A stretch of 64,000 nt of DNA from Pseudomonadota bacterium (GTDB lineage: Bacteria > Bdellovibrionota > Bdellovibrionia > Bdellovibrionales > Bdellovibrionaceae). The notes beneath the pieces were generated by a model. It searched no databases. It was given only the letters and a program-made list of their open reading frames with translations, and was not told the origin of the DNA. Positions 8,629-19,406 of this stretch are shown here, one piece after another. The stretch spans positions 64,001-128,000 of the forward strand of contig JBEGVH010000006.1 of NCBI GenBank assembly GCA_041178425.1, in the 5' to 3' direction. Each line of letters opens with the position of its first letter. The stretch's first letter is position 1. Position numbers and translations under genes: made by a program.

Positions 8629-10572
8629 CTATTTAAGTTTACGAACTAGTTGTTGGGCTCGACGCCAGTTGTTTTCAGCTTGATTGTTGGCAAAAGCTTC
8701 TTGGTAGTAACAGTCAAAGAGGGCATCGATAAGGGGTTTCAGCAGAGGTCGCTCCCTGATGATTCGCTGTTTCCATTCTTCGGGTGCTTCGGCAAACTGA
8801 TTGCCTAGATGAATTGGGTACAATGAATTATTGATCAGACTATAGATTTTTTGTGAGCGTGAGAGTTTTTGGCGAGTTCTAAAGAGCCAACTGAGACTAA
8901 GTGATAAAATTAAGGTGCCGAGCATTCCTAAGAGAACGGCCAATCCTATGTTAATTCCTAATTCAGCGAGGAGTTGCTTCTGTTTGTCGATATCGAAGTT
9001 GAGAATAAAGTGGCTCCACCGATAATTTAGGTTTTCAATAAAGAACAGCAAAGATTGACCTGCTCCGCCCTTGAAGGAGTGAAGGTTGAATCCCAAAATA
9101 TTCCAGGCGTTTGATGAGGATTCTTTTGGTTCGAGTCTGTTAGAAGCCACTAGGGGTTTAAAAGGGTTCACCGCATTTGTAGGATCGTAGCGATGCCATT
9201 GATTCGTGCTATCAACATACTCAACCCAAGCGTGAGCGTGTTTTTGTCGTATGGTCCAAAAATTCCCGATCGGGTTATAGTCACCCCCAAGATAACCCAC
9301 AACCACTCTGGCAGGAACTCCTGACTCATTCAAGAGCAGAGCCGCAGCGGAGGCAAAATGTTCGCAAAAACCCTTTTGCGTTTTAAAAAGAAAATCAGCA
9401 AGAGACAGTTCGCCTCCGTCCATTGGGCTTAAGGTGTACTGAAATCGATGGTCTGCAAAGAAATCAGTGATGTTTTTTTCTAAGGATTCAGGAGAGGAAG
9501 AGTTTTTTCTTAGTTCGCCCACGAGCTGAATAACCTGGGGTGACGTGCTTTGCGTAAAATGAATCTCTGATTCGGAATTCCGACGGGGGCGTTGCAAGGA
9601 CAGTGTTGGTTTGATTCGATAAATAATTCGCTTGGTGATGGGGGTGTTGTAGCGAAAGGCGCCCTCGGAGTTCATCGACACGGAGTCGGTGTCGGCGACG
9701 AGAGCGTCAGTGTGTTCGAGAGTGAAAAGCCAGCTACTTTCACTGGGCTCAAGAGTGATTCGTAGGGATGGCTCATTTGAACTGATCATTGAGAAAACGA
9801 TGTCTTTTGGGTCAAGTGAAGAGTTGCGCTTCCACTTCAGATTTTGAGCTTGAGTGAGGGCAAGGCCTCGCCAATAAAGAGCGGTAGTGTTAGGTTTTAG
9901 ATTTACGAACTCGGCTCTAAAAGCAACATCCTCTGAAGTGGCCAGAGCTGAGACACTTCCTGGGGCCACGTCTTCCGAAAAACCAATAACTCCTTCTCGT
10001 TTGTCGTTGCTTTCTGTTATAAACATTTCATTTGAAAAACGAGGAAAATAAAAAAACAAAAAAGCCGCTAGAGGTGCTGCTAAAAGCAAACTTTGCGCAG
10101 TGTAAAGACCCGCCTTTCGAGGGAACCTTTCTCGAAAGGGATGGGTTAAGAGATGATAAACCAAGACAATCATCGCAGGAAAACCAAGACTAAACCAAAA
10201 AAGATCAATATCGAAAAGAAATTTAGATGTTATTAGATAGAGTCCGAGCAAAATGAGAAAGCCCTTCTCTTTAGAGTTTTGGTACTCTAAAACCTTCAAC
10301 CCTAATAAAATAACAAGAAAACTCGATGAGGAGTCTTTACCCGTGAGGGATCGAAAAAAGAAATAATTGATTCCCATGAACAAGATCGAAAAAAAACCAG
10401 TAACCCAACGTGATGGCGCTTTCCACTCTGCTCGATCAATCACCAAACGGTAGAACCAAAATATCAGGGCAGAGGCAAAAGCCCATGATGGAATATCTGG
10501 CAGTAGTAAGAAGGTCGAAAGCAAGAGGCAAAAAGCGAGCGACGGATCATTAAAGATAGATGCGCCCCTCAT
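8629..10572 (-). CDS. TgpA-like membrane transglutaminase (DUF3488 + Transglut_core)
   Basis: Multiple TM helices; YWRG, GFCEHFASA, HAWVE, YDPT. Confidence 0.9.
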   Translation of the reverse strand: MRGASIFNDPSLAFCLLLSTFLLLPDIPSWAFASALIFWFYRLVIDRAEWKAPSRWVTGFFSILFMGINYFFFRSLTGKDSSSSFLVILLGLKVLEYQNSKEKGFLILLGLYLITSKFLFDIDLFWFSLGFPAMIVLVYHLLTHPFRERFPRKAGLYTAQSLLLAAPLAAFLFFYFPRFSNEMFITESNDKREGVIGFSEDVAPGSVSALATSEDVAFRAEFVNLKPNTTALYWRGLALTQAQNLKWKRNSSLDPKDIVFSMISSNEPSLRITLEPSESSWLFTLEHTDALVADTDSVSMNSEGAFRYNTPITKRIIYRIKPTLSLQRPRRNSESEIHFTQSTSPQVIQLVGELRKNSSSPESLEKNITDFFADHRFQYTLSPMDGGELSLADFLFKTQKGFCEHFASAAALLLNESGVPARVVVGYLGGDYNPIGNFWTIRQKHAHAWVEYVDSTNQWHRYDPTNAVNPFKPLVASNRLEPKESSSNAWNILGFNLHSFKGGAGQSLLFFIENLNYRWSHFILNFDIDKQKQLLAELGINIGLAVLLGMLGTLILSLSLSWLFRTRQKLSRSQKIYSLINNSLYPIHLGNQFAEAPEEWKQRIIRERPLLKPLIDALFDCYYQEAFANNQAENNWRRAQQLVRKLK

Positions 10573-11528
10573 GGTGGAGTTCCCTTTGATAAAACAGCGG
10601 CGTCCAAAAGAGACAGTTGGGTGAGGCATTCAATGGCATGTTCGTGGGAGGAGTCAGCCGAGCTTTTTCCTCGGGGCGTTTCCAAAACAAATTTCAATTT
10701 CTTGCGACGACAAACATCGATCCATTGACTGAGTTGCGAAATTCGCAACTCAGGGCTCTCGCGTTGATTCGTTTGTCGCCACGAGAGGAGTTGTGAACCT
10801 TGATTTTCAGTCTCAAAGAGTTTCACATTGAGTTTTTGATGGCGAGCGTAGGCTTTCCAATCAATATGTCGGAGAGAGTCGAAGGATTGGTAAGGGCGAT
10901 GGCCCAAGAAATCTTGCCCGTGGTCAGGGCTCCGTCGATGAAGATTTGATTCATCGGGGCCCAGCTCACCTTGAGGTGGCAGTTGAAGCGACCCCTTACG
11001 AGCCGGAAATACGAGAAGCTTTTCTTGTGGCCGCAGTATCTTCCAGCTCCGAAGAAGCCCGAGTGGAAAAGTGGTTTGGGCGATGAGAGTGGGGTAGGGA
11101 TGAAGCCCTCGGTGAGTAAGAATGACCGGAATCTCAATAGCAGTAGTAGATTTTTGTTCAACATGTGAGACAGGGGTTTGGGGGCCGACGCCCTCAAAAA
11201 AAACATCTACATCATAAACAGGTTGGGTGGAGGTATTTTCAATCAAAACTTGAAGTTTGGTAGGATAGTCGGCAAAAATTTCTTGAGGCGGGAGCACCGT
11301 TAAACGTAATCGGTGCATGTTAAAATTGGTCTGAAACATGGTGATAAAACCGAGGCTTGTTAAAGAGAAACACGAAAAATAGGCAATGTTATTATTGTAG
11401 ATAAAAGCAATGCCCAGCAAAATCAGGCAGAGCACCGCGAAGTACAGCCCCAGTTTTGTTGGAACAATATAAGTTCGGTGTTCGGGCAATCTTTTATTGA
11501 GGGATTGCCACAGAGTTGAGAAGTTCAA
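10569..11528 (-). CDS. DUF58 domain protein
   Basis: FPLGL, DFLGHRPY, RHIDWKA; located between MoxR and TgpA. Confidence 0.88.
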   Translation of the reverse strand: MNFSTLWQSLNKRLPEHRTYIVPTKLGLYFAVLCLILLGIAFIYNNNIAYFSCFSLTSLGFITMFQTNFNMHRLRLTVLPPQEIFADYPTKLQVLIENTSTQPVYDVDVFFEGVGPQTPVSHVEQKSTTAIEIPVILTHRGLHPYPTLIAQTTFPLGLLRSWKILRPQEKLLVFPARKGSLQLPPQGELGPDESNLHRRSPDHGQDFLGHRPYQSFDSLRHIDWKAYARHQKLNVKLFETENQGSQLLSWRQTNQRESPELRISQLSQWIDVCRRKKLKFVLETPRGKSSADSSHEHAIECLTQLSLLDAAVLSKGTPP

Positions 11529-12414
11529 AAGCTTTTATCCTCCCAAAGTCAATGCCGTCCGCACCACCCAATCGATGCGCTAATACCGCAGTAGCAATCG
11601 CCTTCACATCATCAGGCAAACAAAAATTTCTTCCTTTTAGGTAGGCACGAGCCCTGGCTGCGCGACTGAGTGCAATGCCTGTTCTGGTAGATAGGGGTAA
11701 GTAGAGATTTTGATGTTGGCGACTGTAGTTTAATAAGTCAGCAATATATTTTGCAAGCAACTCACTGATGGTGACTTGCGAGATTGCATGCTGAGTGGCT
11801 ACGAGTGTTTCGGTGGAGACGAGAGGCTGAAGAGAACTCAATTGCTCGCGAGGGTTTTGGCCAAGGAAAATGGCAACTTCCGAATGATAAGAAGCGTAGT
11901 TCATTCCTATCGACATCAGAAAACGGTCGAGCTGGCTCTCTGGCAGTGGAAACGTGCCTGTTTGGTTTCGTGGATTTTGTGTGGCAAACAGAAAAAAGGG
12001 TCGTGGCAGAGAGTGAGTAGATCGGTCAATCGAAACAACCCCTTCCTCCATAGCCTGCAAAAGGGCGCTCTGAGTGCGAGGATTGGCCCTGTTTAGTTCG
12101 TCAGCCAGAACCAGTTCAGCAAAAAGCGGGCCTGGAATAAATTGGAACTCTTTTTTTTCTTGATCGTAAATGGAGTTTCCCAAAATATCGGAAGGTAGCA
12201 GATCGCTCGTAAATTGAATGCGTGAATAGTTGAGATTTAGAAGTTTTGCCAAAGTTTGAACGAGTGTTGTTTTTCCCACTCCTGGCACATCTTCAATCAA
12301 TAAATGACCGCCCGCAAGCAGGCACGTGAGCGCCATTTCAACTTCGTTCGTTTTGTCTAAAATGATCTCAGACGCTTTTTGGATAACCTGTGGCCAGATC
12401 GAATCATTACTCAT
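11494..12414 (-). CDS. moxR: MoxR family AAA ATPase
   Basis: EDVPGVGKT, RIQFTSDLLPSD, DELNRA, ATQNP, LPESQLDRF. Confidence 0.93.
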   Translation of the reverse strand: MSNDSIWPQVIQKASEIILDKTNEVEMALTCLLAGGHLLIEDVPGVGKTTLVQTLAKLLNLNYSRIQFTSDLLPSDILGNSIYDQEKKEFQFIPGPLFAELVLADELNRANPRTQSALLQAMEEGVVSIDRSTHSLPRPFFLFATQNPRNQTGTFPLPESQLDRFLMSIGMNYASYHSEVAIFLGQNPREQLSSLQPLVSTETLVATQHAISQVTISELLAKYIADLLNYSRQHQNLYLPLSTRTGIALSRAARARAYLKGRNFCLPDDVKAIATAVLAHRLGGADGIDFGRIKAFELLNSVAIPQ

Positions 12415-12582
12415 TCTTTAATTTTGAATTTTGTTGGGCGGATCGTCAAACCAGAGACGAAGAATTTGACTAAAAGCCTGATAGTATTGGAGTCTTAGGT
12501 TTTGGGGCTAGTCGAGGGTGTCTCTTTGTTTTGCTAGTTTCGAATCGTAAGAGAATGTAAAAAATTAATTTGAGAGAGTGTC

Positions 12583-13695
12583 ATGAAAAAATTAGGAATG
12601 GTTGGCTGGCGAGGCATGGTGGGTTCTGTTTTGATGGAACGCATGAACGCAGAGAATGATTGGAAATTGGTCGAGCCCTTCTTTTTCTCCACATCAAGCA
12701 AAGGTTTTGAAGGGCCCGACATTGGCCAAGGTAAACAAAAACTATTGGATGCTAACAGTATTGCTGATCTCTCTCAAATGGATATCATTCTTTCTTGCCA
12801 GGGGGGCGACTATACCTCTGACATTTTTCCCCAATTGCGTAAAGCGGGGTGGCAGGGGTTCTGGATTGATGCGGCCTCGACCCTTCGTATGCAGCCGGAT
12901 GCGGTCATTATTCTCGATCCTGTGAATGGTGATTCTATTCGCCAGGAGTTAGTGAGGGGAACAAAGAACTTTATTGGGGGGAACTGCACGGTGTCGCTGA
13001 TGCTGATGGCCCTGGGTGGTTTATTTCAACACAATCTTGTTGAATGGATGACCTCCATGACCTATCAGGCGGCCTCGGGAGCGGGCGCTAATAATATGCG
13101 TGAGCTTCTCAAACAAATGGCTGTTCTTGGAGAATCCACAAAGAGTTTTGTGGATGATCCTTCTCGTGGGATTCTTGAGATTGATAGGCAAGTGCAAGCT
13201 CAAATGCGTGGAGATTCGTTCCCAAAAGATTTCTTTGGGGTGCCTCTCGCAGGCTCTCTGATTCCATGGATTGATAAAGAATTCGAAAACGGTCAGAGTC
13301 GTGAGGAATGGAAAGGGCTTGTCGAGACCAATAAAATTCTGGGTCGTGATAGTAAGCCGATTCCTATCGACGGTACTTGTGTGCGCGTAGGAGCCATGAG
13401 GTGCCACAGTCAGGCTTTGACAATTAAACTCAATCGAGATGTTCCTCTTGATGAGATAAACGCAATGATTGCAGCCCATAATCAATGGGTGCAAGTGGTT
13501 CCTAATCGTCGCGAAGAAACAATTCAAAATCTAACGCCAACGTTTGTTTCTGGAACCCTAAGTGTACCGGTGGGGCGCCTGCGTAAAATGAACTTAGGTT
13601 CTCAGTACCTCAATGCCTTCACCTGCGGTGATCAGCTCCTCTGGGGAGCGGCAGAGCCCCTTCGTCGAATGCTCCGCCTTTTGATCGAGGGTTAG
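12583..13695 (+). CDS. asd: aspartate-semialdehyde dehydrogenase
   Basis: [39 protein letters not shown]. Confidence 0.96.
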   Translation: MKKLGMVGWRGMVGSVLMERMNAENDWKLVEPFFFSTSSKGFEGPDIGQGKQKLLDANSIADLSQMDIILSCQGGDYTSDIFPQLRKAGWQGFWIDAASTLRMQPDAVIILDPVNGDSIRQELVRGTKNFIGGNCTVSLMLMALGGLFQHNLVEWMTSMTYQAASGAGANNMRELLKQMAVLGESTKSFVDDPSRGILEIDRQVQAQMRGDSFPKDFFGVPLAGSLIPWIDKEFENGQSREEWKGLVETNKILGRDSKPIPIDGTCVRVGAMRCHSQALTIKLNRDVPLDEINAMIAAHNQWVQVVPNRREETIQNLTPTFVSGTLSVPVGRLRKMNLGSQYLNAFTCGDQLLWGAAEPLRRMLRLLIEG

Positions 13696-13715
13696 TGAGT
13701 TTAGAAACGCGTGGG

Positions 13716-14066
13716 TCACTTTTTTTCTTCTGATTTTTGGGACTCAAGCTTTTTTATTTTCTCATCCATTTTTTCGCGATGGTCTTTCATTTTTTCGAGG
13801 TGCTTCTCTTTGAGGTCAGCCCGCAGTCCCTTCATTGCGTCACGGTGCTCTTTGCGACAGTGCCTTATGTCTTCTGGCTTCATTGATCCATTCACACAGC
13901 CCTTGAATTTATTCAGGGATTCTATCTGTTCGTCGATGGCCTTGACGGCTTGGGTTTTATGAGACTCAAACTGAGCGCTCGCGTCTTTGTCGCCATCGCT
14001 GCTCCAGGCGTTAGAACTGGTCAGTAAGGTGAGGCCGAGAAGGGTGCGTGCAATGAGTATTTTCAT
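13716..14066 (-). CDS. small secreted helical hypothetical protein
   Basis: Signal peptide (…NAWS); AGGAG RBS; two Cys; charged coiled-coil C-terminus. Confidence 0.7.
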   Translation of the reverse strand: MKILIARTLLGLTLLTSSNAWSSDGDKDASAQFESHKTQAVKAIDEQIESLNKFKGCVNGSMKPEDIRHCRKEHRDAMKGLRADLKEKHLEKMKDHREKMDEKIKKLESQKSEEKK

Positions 14067-14094
14067 AAAAGCTCCTTTTAAAGTCCTAGACTCG

Positions 14095-14122
14095 TTATCG
14101 GCCTTTGGCTAGGCGGGCTAAA
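14095..14122 (-). promoter_or_regulatory. sigma28-like promoter
   Basis: TTTAG-N15-GCCGATAA upstream of the 14066 ATG. Confidence 0.6.
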
Positions 14123-14345
14123 GAGGAGAGCTCAAATAAAAATGCTAGGATCTCGCGGAATTGTTTTATTTTTTGACAGTTTCGGTCAATTTGACGGGGA
14201 TAAATAGAATTTATAGACCTCTAAGTGTTGTAAAAACGAGTTCAGTAAAAAAAAGCTTTTCATGGAGGTTGGGTCAATTTTTAAATTGACCCACCACTTC
14301 AGCTTCAATAAGGATCGAGGTCTCCAAGGAAAAGGGGTAAAAATC

Positions 14346-15461
14346 ATGCAGAAAAACGGGATGTTTCTATTTATTTTAGTGTTCAATATTTTTTATTTGA
14401 ATTTTTCGAGAGCTGAGAGTTCTCATCGATACATTATTCGATTTAAGCCCACGTTTAAGGCATCAACGGTTATGGAGTCTTACTCCCATTTAGCCATTAA
14501 AAATAAATACGACACCCTTTGGTCTGGCTTCTCGGCGTCGTTGACACCCAATGATCTTCAGCAACTTAAAAACGACGATCGAATTGAAGAGGTGTTTGAA
14601 GATCAAGAGGTTCATCTGGATGGTCTGAACGTGCAGCAAAATGCCTCTTGGGGGTTGAGTCGCATCGATCAACGTCAGCGACTGTCTGATGATTTTTATG
14701 AATACGCTTACACGGGCGAAGGAATTACCGTTTATATTATAGATACGGGAATTAACATTCGTCATAGCGAGTTTCAAGGGCGCGCTCAGATCGGTGCGAG
14801 TTTCGTGAGAGCCTCTAAGAGTGACGGAGGCGATTGCCACGGTCATGGCAGTCATGTTGCTGCCATCGTGGGTGGAAAAGAGTTTGGCGTGGCGAAAAAA
14901 GTTAAGCTCGTCGGTCTCAGAACTTTAGATTGCAAAGGAAGTGGATCTCTCAGCGATATTCTAGAAGCCCTTGATTGGGTGGGTAGATACGGGCCTTCGC
15001 GTTCGGTCGTAAATATTTCGATTGGTACTATCGCAAGTAAGCACCTTGACGACACTATTGGGCTGCTCGTAGCGAGAGGTGTGACTGTTGTTGTTTCTGC
15101 GGGAAACTCATCACAAGATGCCTGTTTACAATCTCCAGCCCGTGCGCCTGCTGCGATTACCGTCGGTGCGATCGAGCAAGGAGATAGGAAAGCCTTTTTT
15201 TCAAATGATGGTCCCTGTGTTGATGTGTTCGCTCCTGGCACCGATATCCTTTCTGCTCATAAAGGTCATCGCACATCGACTAAAGTTTTGAGTGGAACTT
15301 CGATGGCGACTCCCTTTGTGACGGGAGTTATGGCTCTCGCCATTCAGCAGTTTCCTAAAAAATCAACAGCCACCATTCGCAAGTATGTTCTTGAGCGAGC
15401 CACCGAGGGCGTTGTGATTGATGCTTCCGCGTCTAAAAACAATGTGATTTATTCGCGTTAG
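14346..15461 (+). CDS. secreted S8 subtilisin (proteinase K/aqualysin-like) with I9 propeptide
   Basis: YIIDTG, HGSHVA, SAGN, GTSMATP; signal peptide from ATG 14346. Confidence 0.93.
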   Translation: MQKNGMFLFILVFNIFYLNFSRAESSHRYIIRFKPTFKASTVMESYSHLAIKNKYDTLWSGFSASLTPNDLQQLKNDDRIEEVFEDQEVHLDGLNVQQNASWGLSRIDQRQRLSDDFYEYAYTGEGITVYIIDTGINIRHSEFQGRAQIGASFVRASKSDGGDCHGHGSHVAAIVGGKEFGVAKKVKLVGLRTLDCKGSGSLSDILEALDWVGRYGPSRSVVNISIGTIASKHLDDTIGLLVARGVTVVVSAGNSSQDACLQSPARAPAAITVGAIEQGDRKAFFSNDGPCVDVFAPGTDILSAHKGHRTSTKVLSGTSMATPFVTGVMALAIQQFPKKSTATIRKYVLERATEGVVIDASASKNNVIYSR

Positions 15462-16630
15462 AGTTTTGTAAAAAGTTTGGCGCAGCGTGGTTGTGCCGAT
15501 TCTCGTATGAGATCGAAGAGTGTGTCGAAAGGGAGGTAAGGATTTCCTCCCTTTTCCTCAAAATGTGAGTCAGTGCCTTTCCCTCCTGCAAACCATATAA
15601 AATCAATGCCTCTCAGAGAATTCTCGTTGAGCCATTTTCCACCAACCGATTTATTTTGGTTGTCGAGGTATAAAAAATAGGAAACATTCATTTTTGATAA
15701 AAACTCGCCACTTGCCACTTTTGCTTTGGTCTGGCGATTACTCTTTTTAATATCGACTTCTCCAAGCGTTTCTAGTTCCACTTCGATGAGAATTTTTTTG
15801 GCGGCCTGAGGGTGTTCAGTCATCTCCTCTTCGTTTAAAAAATAACCTTCGCTCAGTTGGCGATGATAGCCTACTACTGTTTCGTTCCAAAGTTCAGATC
15901 CAAGATGACTATCAATGATAAAACCTTTTTTGTTGTGGGCGAGAAAGTAGCGCAGAGTTAAATCGAAGATGGCGGGATTTGGCTGATTTTCTGCAAAAGA
16001 AGCGACGGTGGGTTCACCGATCTGGGCGTATTTTTCGGTAAAAAAGTAACTCGCAGAGGCCAAAGCCTTTAAATCGGCCGGTGTAAACGAAAGGGGGATA
16101 CCGTCAGTATTTGTTCGAACTACGAGGTGTTGAGGTTCGGGGAGTAAAAGGCCAGCACAGCGAGCGCCATTACAAAAACCTTCCCAATCTTCGGGATAGG
16201 GATCTCTGAATGGTCCTCGCTGGTAGAGTTCATGAAGCGTGCCCGGAAACGAATATTGGCCAAGAAGAATGTCGAACTTTTCGATAGGAGACAACTTTTG
16301 TAAGTCTTTTGGGCTCATGGCCACTAGAGTATCGCGATCCAGTACGAACTCCGGATAAAATCCCCTTTGCCATTGATTGGCGATGCCCCCTGATTGCATC
16401 GGAAAGTAATTACCTGCCCAGGGAGCCTCCTCAGAGGCGAGGCGAAACTGCTGGAGCCCTTGATAGGGATTTAGGAACTCGTGTAGGTCGCCCTTTGGGG
16501 CGCTGGAAAATCTCAAGGCGTATTTGAGACGATCAATATCTTGTTTAAAGGCCGACGGTGGCGTAGCAGAGGCAAGGCCCGAACAAAGTAACAGAAAAAG
16601 AATGGAAAGCTTTAAAGATAAACTCATCAC
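15458..16630 (-). CDS. secreted protein resembling the TGase_elicitor (GP42-like) transglutaminase family
   Basis: PWAGNYFP, LSPIEKFD, WEGFCNG, DLKAL, NP, ELWNE motifs; signal peptide. Confidence 0.65.
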   Translation of the reverse strand: MMSLSLKLSILFLLLCSGLASATPPSAFKQDIDRLKYALRFSSAPKGDLHEFLNPYQGLQQFRLASEEAPWAGNYFPMQSGGIANQWQRGFYPEFVLDRDTLVAMSPKDLQKLSPIEKFDILLGQYSFPGTLHELYQRGPFRDPYPEDWEGFCNGARCAGLLLPEPQHLVVRTNTDGIPLSFTPADLKALASASYFFTEKYAQIGEPTVASFAENQPNPAIFDLTLRYFLAHNKKGFIIDSHLGSELWNETVVGYHRQLSEGYFLNEEEMTEHPQAAKKILIEVELETLGEVDIKKSNRQTKAKVASGEFLSKMNVSYFLYLDNQNKSVGGKWLNENSLRGIDFIWFAGGKGTDSHFEEKGGNPYLPFDTLFDLIRESAQPRCAKLFTKL

Positions 16631-16767
16631 CCAACTCTCTTTCGCTGAATAACACCCATTGATTCAAGGGAAAGCAAGAAGTCGGCCAGGATCGAGGGTC
16701 TTTCTCTTTGCTGGCGATCTGTTGGTTAAGGAGGGGGGGAATGTGGTTCCCTGGGTGCCGGTAAAAC

Positions 16768-17895
16768 CTAAGTGTCTGTTGAATAGCGCCTTGCTTTCCA
16801 GCGTAAACCTAATTTTAAGCTATTTGAAACCCGAGCACAGAGAGAAATAAAAATAAATAAGCCCATATTGATGGGATATAAAAAGGCTCCTATGGTTGAA
16901 AAACGGCCGTTGTCCCTCTGGTCGCGAACGAAAAACAACGTGAGTAGCGCATAATGAATCCAGGTCCAGTGCCCTAAGGTCGCACCCACAACAAGAATGG
17001 TCTCTATCCAAGTTTTAGGTGAGGAGTATTTCATGCCTAAGCGAAAGTTTCTTTGCCAACCCGAAAAAAACTCCTGAGGGGTAGCGTACATTCGCGTCGA
17101 ATACAAATCCGTCAGTGGATAAACAAGAAAGGTTTGGCCCCTCGAAAAGCATTCTTTTGCGAGCGCGAGATCTTCTGCGAGTACATTTTTGATTTTTAAA
17201 TGACCCTCGCTCGCCCAGTAATAATCTTTATCAAAAAGTAAAAATTGTCCGATCGAAAAAAAACGTTCCTTGGAGGGGAGGGTCTGTTTGGAATCGGTAA
17301 TGAGCTGAATCATTGAATAAAAAGGACCAAGAGCTTTCTCCCAAGCCGTGGGGTTGCGATGATAGGGACGACAAGTCATGAGTGCGGCGCTATGTTGAGA
17401 AAACCAAGAGAGCGCTTTGGGGTAGTGTTCAGGGTGGTGACTAGTATCAGCATCAGTAAACAAAATGTATTTTCCAGAAAAGTGGATTTGGTTTAAGTGA
17501 TGAGCACCTTGATGGCAGGCCCAGTTTTTACCCGACCATCCCTCAGGCTTGGAGCTCGACTTAATCACTTCAAACCCAAGTTCCCTAGCGATGTCATGGG
17601 TGCGATCGGTGGATTGGTCGTCAACGACAATGATCGTTGTGCCGATTTTTTTAAGGGGATAGAGCGACTTTAGCAGCGTAGAAAGATTTTTCTCTTCGTT
17701 GCGAGCAGGAACAATGATGGCCAACTGATCGGCCAGGTGTTGCCAAGAAATGTGGTTGGACTCCTGCTTGGGTGGAAATACGGTGTTAATGTTCCTCACG
17801 CTCTTGCGTGCTCTGATGAAATGGCGCCACCAGAGCATACCGTAACCGCTAGCAAAGAGAAGATTGGAACCAGTGAACAGTTGCGACATACTCAT
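16768..17895 (-). CDS. GT2 glycosyltransferase, carotenoid glycosyltransferase-like (CrtQ/CruC-type)
   Basis: VPARNEE, DDQSTD, PEGWSGKNWAC, FTDAD, LAEDLALA, RMY; last gene of the crt operon. Confidence 0.85.
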   Translation of the reverse strand: MSMSQLFTGSNLLFASGYGMLWWRHFIRARKSVRNINTVFPPKQESNHISWQHLADQLAIIVPARNEEKNLSTLLKSLYPLKKIGTTIIVVDDQSTDRTHDIARELGFEVIKSSSKPEGWSGKNWACHQGAHHLNQIHFSGKYILFTDADTSHHPEHYPKALSWFSQHSAALMTCRPYHRNPTAWEKALGPFYSMIQLITDSKQTLPSKERFFSIGQFLLFDKDYYWASEGHLKIKNVLAEDLALAKECFSRGQTFLVYPLTDLYSTRMYATPQEFFSGWQRNFRLGMKYSSPKTWIETILVVGATLGHWTWIHYALLTLFFVRDQRDNGRFSTIGAFLYPINMGLFIFISLCARVSNSLKLGLRWKARRYSTDT

Positions 17896-18479
17896 TGAGG
17901 TAGCCAGAGCAGTGTTTCTTTAACGCCGGGATAGCCCTCTTCGAACCATTTCCACCAACTGCAAATCATGATCAAGTGTCCAACAAGAATAAAGTAGTGG
18001 CTCCACATTTCAACACGGTCGGATTTTTTGGTGAGGTAGCGATGCCAATGAAGCGCTTCATCGAAAAAGCTGTAGACCACGCTTAAAAAAATTAAAACCA
18101 TGGCCGGAATTCGAGCTAAATCTCTGTGTGCATAGCCTAAACAAAGCACAATAACACTCGCCATTCCTGAAACAATAGTGATGTGGTGAATCAGAGCTTC
18201 TCCTTCTTGAAGAACTTCTTTGTAAACGGTTCTATGGCCGATGGTATCAATAGCAATCGCTATCACAAAACAACCAATGCCCAAAGGAATGTTCCAGACC
18301 CATGTTGGAAATTCAACACCGTTGCTAGCTCCTAAGTAGAGAAAGGCTCCAACTGCAGCGAGGAGACCCACCATCATTCCGTTCCAAAGGACATAAACAA
18401 TCCAATCTTTTGCGTCGAAAAGCTGGATGCGGCCAACGTATATTTTAAAATCTATCCAAAACTCTTTCACAGCGGTCAT
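17892..18479 (-). CDS. uncharacterised multi-TM protein with paired D/E-x3-H motifs in the crt operon
   Basis: 4-bp overlaps with crtB and the GT2 gene; DTIGH, EALIHH, DEALH, EMWSH. Confidence 0.8.
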   Translation of the reverse strand: MTAVKEFWIDFKIYVGRIQLFDAKDWIVYVLWNGMMVGLLAAVGAFLYLGASNGVEFPTWVWNIPLGIGCFVIAIAIDTIGHRTVYKEVLQEGEALIHHITIVSGMASVIVLCLGYAHRDLARIPAMVLIFLSVVYSFFDEALHWHRYLTKKSDRVEMWSHYFILVGHLIMICSWWKWFEEGYPGVKETLLWLPQ

Positions 18480-19387
18480 GGTGGAGCTTCCTTTGTAAAG
18501 TTCTTAAATGATGTTCGTAATCGATCTGTTAAGAAACGTTGAGAACCCAAGAGAAAATATTTTAATTTTTGTGGCCATTCTAGAACCGTTCGTTTTTTTA
18601 AGGCGGAAGGACCGATTCTTCGTATCTCAATACCGATCCCTTGATACAGATAACTAGCAACACTGATGCTCCAGCCAGCACGAAAGGGCAAATAAGAAAG
18701 TCCTCTCCGCCCCTCGTCGTACATTGAATCGGCTTTATCAAGGAGTCTTAAAACTAATTGATAAACCAGGTTTTCGTTTTTTTGTGAGAGCAATTGGTAG
18801 GGCTTTATTGATTCCTCTTCAAGCCAAACTCTAGGAATATAGATACGATCATTGCGAAAGTCATCGCCCACATCTCTACAGATATTGGTTAGCTGCATGG
18901 CTCGGCCCAGTTGATCAGCAAACAATAGGGCTTCAGGGTCGCGAACTTTCAATATAGGGCTCATCATTAGGCCCACAACACCTGCAACGTGGTAGCAATA
19001 CCTCAATAAATCATCTAAGGAGTGTATCATGGTGCCCGAAACGTCTTGTTCAAATCCCTCGATCATTTCAAAAAAATGGTGTTGAGGAATCTTAAATGTT
19101 GCCGTTAGTTCGTGAAGCCCTGAATAGGGGGAGGGTGTCGAAGTTTCTAGATTGGCTATCAAACCCTTTTGAGTCTCCTTTTTTATCAATTGCAGGAGTG
19201 ATTGAGCTTCTTCTTGATTGTTGGCTTCATCGACCTGATCGTCACAATGCCGACACCATCGGTAGAGCAGATAGGCACCCCTCTGGCTTTTTTTATCCAG
19301 GAGGAGGGATGCCAACCGAAAACTTTTAGAGCCACCCGTGATGGCGGCTTTACTCAGTTTATAATTCACGTCGACCGATTTTGACAT
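18476..19387 (-). CDS. crtB: phytoene synthase
   Basis: GSKSF, WCRHCDDQVD, YCYHVAGVVG, MQLTNICRDVGDD. Confidence 0.95.
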   Translation of the reverse strand: MSKSVDVNYKLSKAAITGGSKSFRLASLLLDKKSQRGAYLLYRWCRHCDDQVDEANNQEEAQSLLQLIKKETQKGLIANLETSTPSPYSGLHELTATFKIPQHHFFEMIEGFEQDVSGTMIHSLDDLLRYCYHVAGVVGLMMSPILKVRDPEALLFADQLGRAMQLTNICRDVGDDFRNDRIYIPRVWLEEESIKPYQLLSQKNENLVYQLVLRLLDKADSMYDEGRRGLSYLPFRAGWSISVASYLYQGIGIEIRRIGPSALKKRTVLEWPQKLKYFLLGSQRFLTDRLRTSFKNFTKEAPP

Positions 19388-19406
19388 GATCGCTTGTCCT
19401 TACCTT

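Noticed and set aside
8629..12414. MoxR-DUF58-transglutaminase as a novel system
   Set aside because: A well-known conserved three-gene arrangement.
17892..18479. orf195 as Blh/Brp retinal-forming dioxygenase or CrtZ
   Set aside because: Too short for Blh and lacks its PHG/HFG-type motifs; no rhodopsin nearby; no CrtZ histidine boxes.
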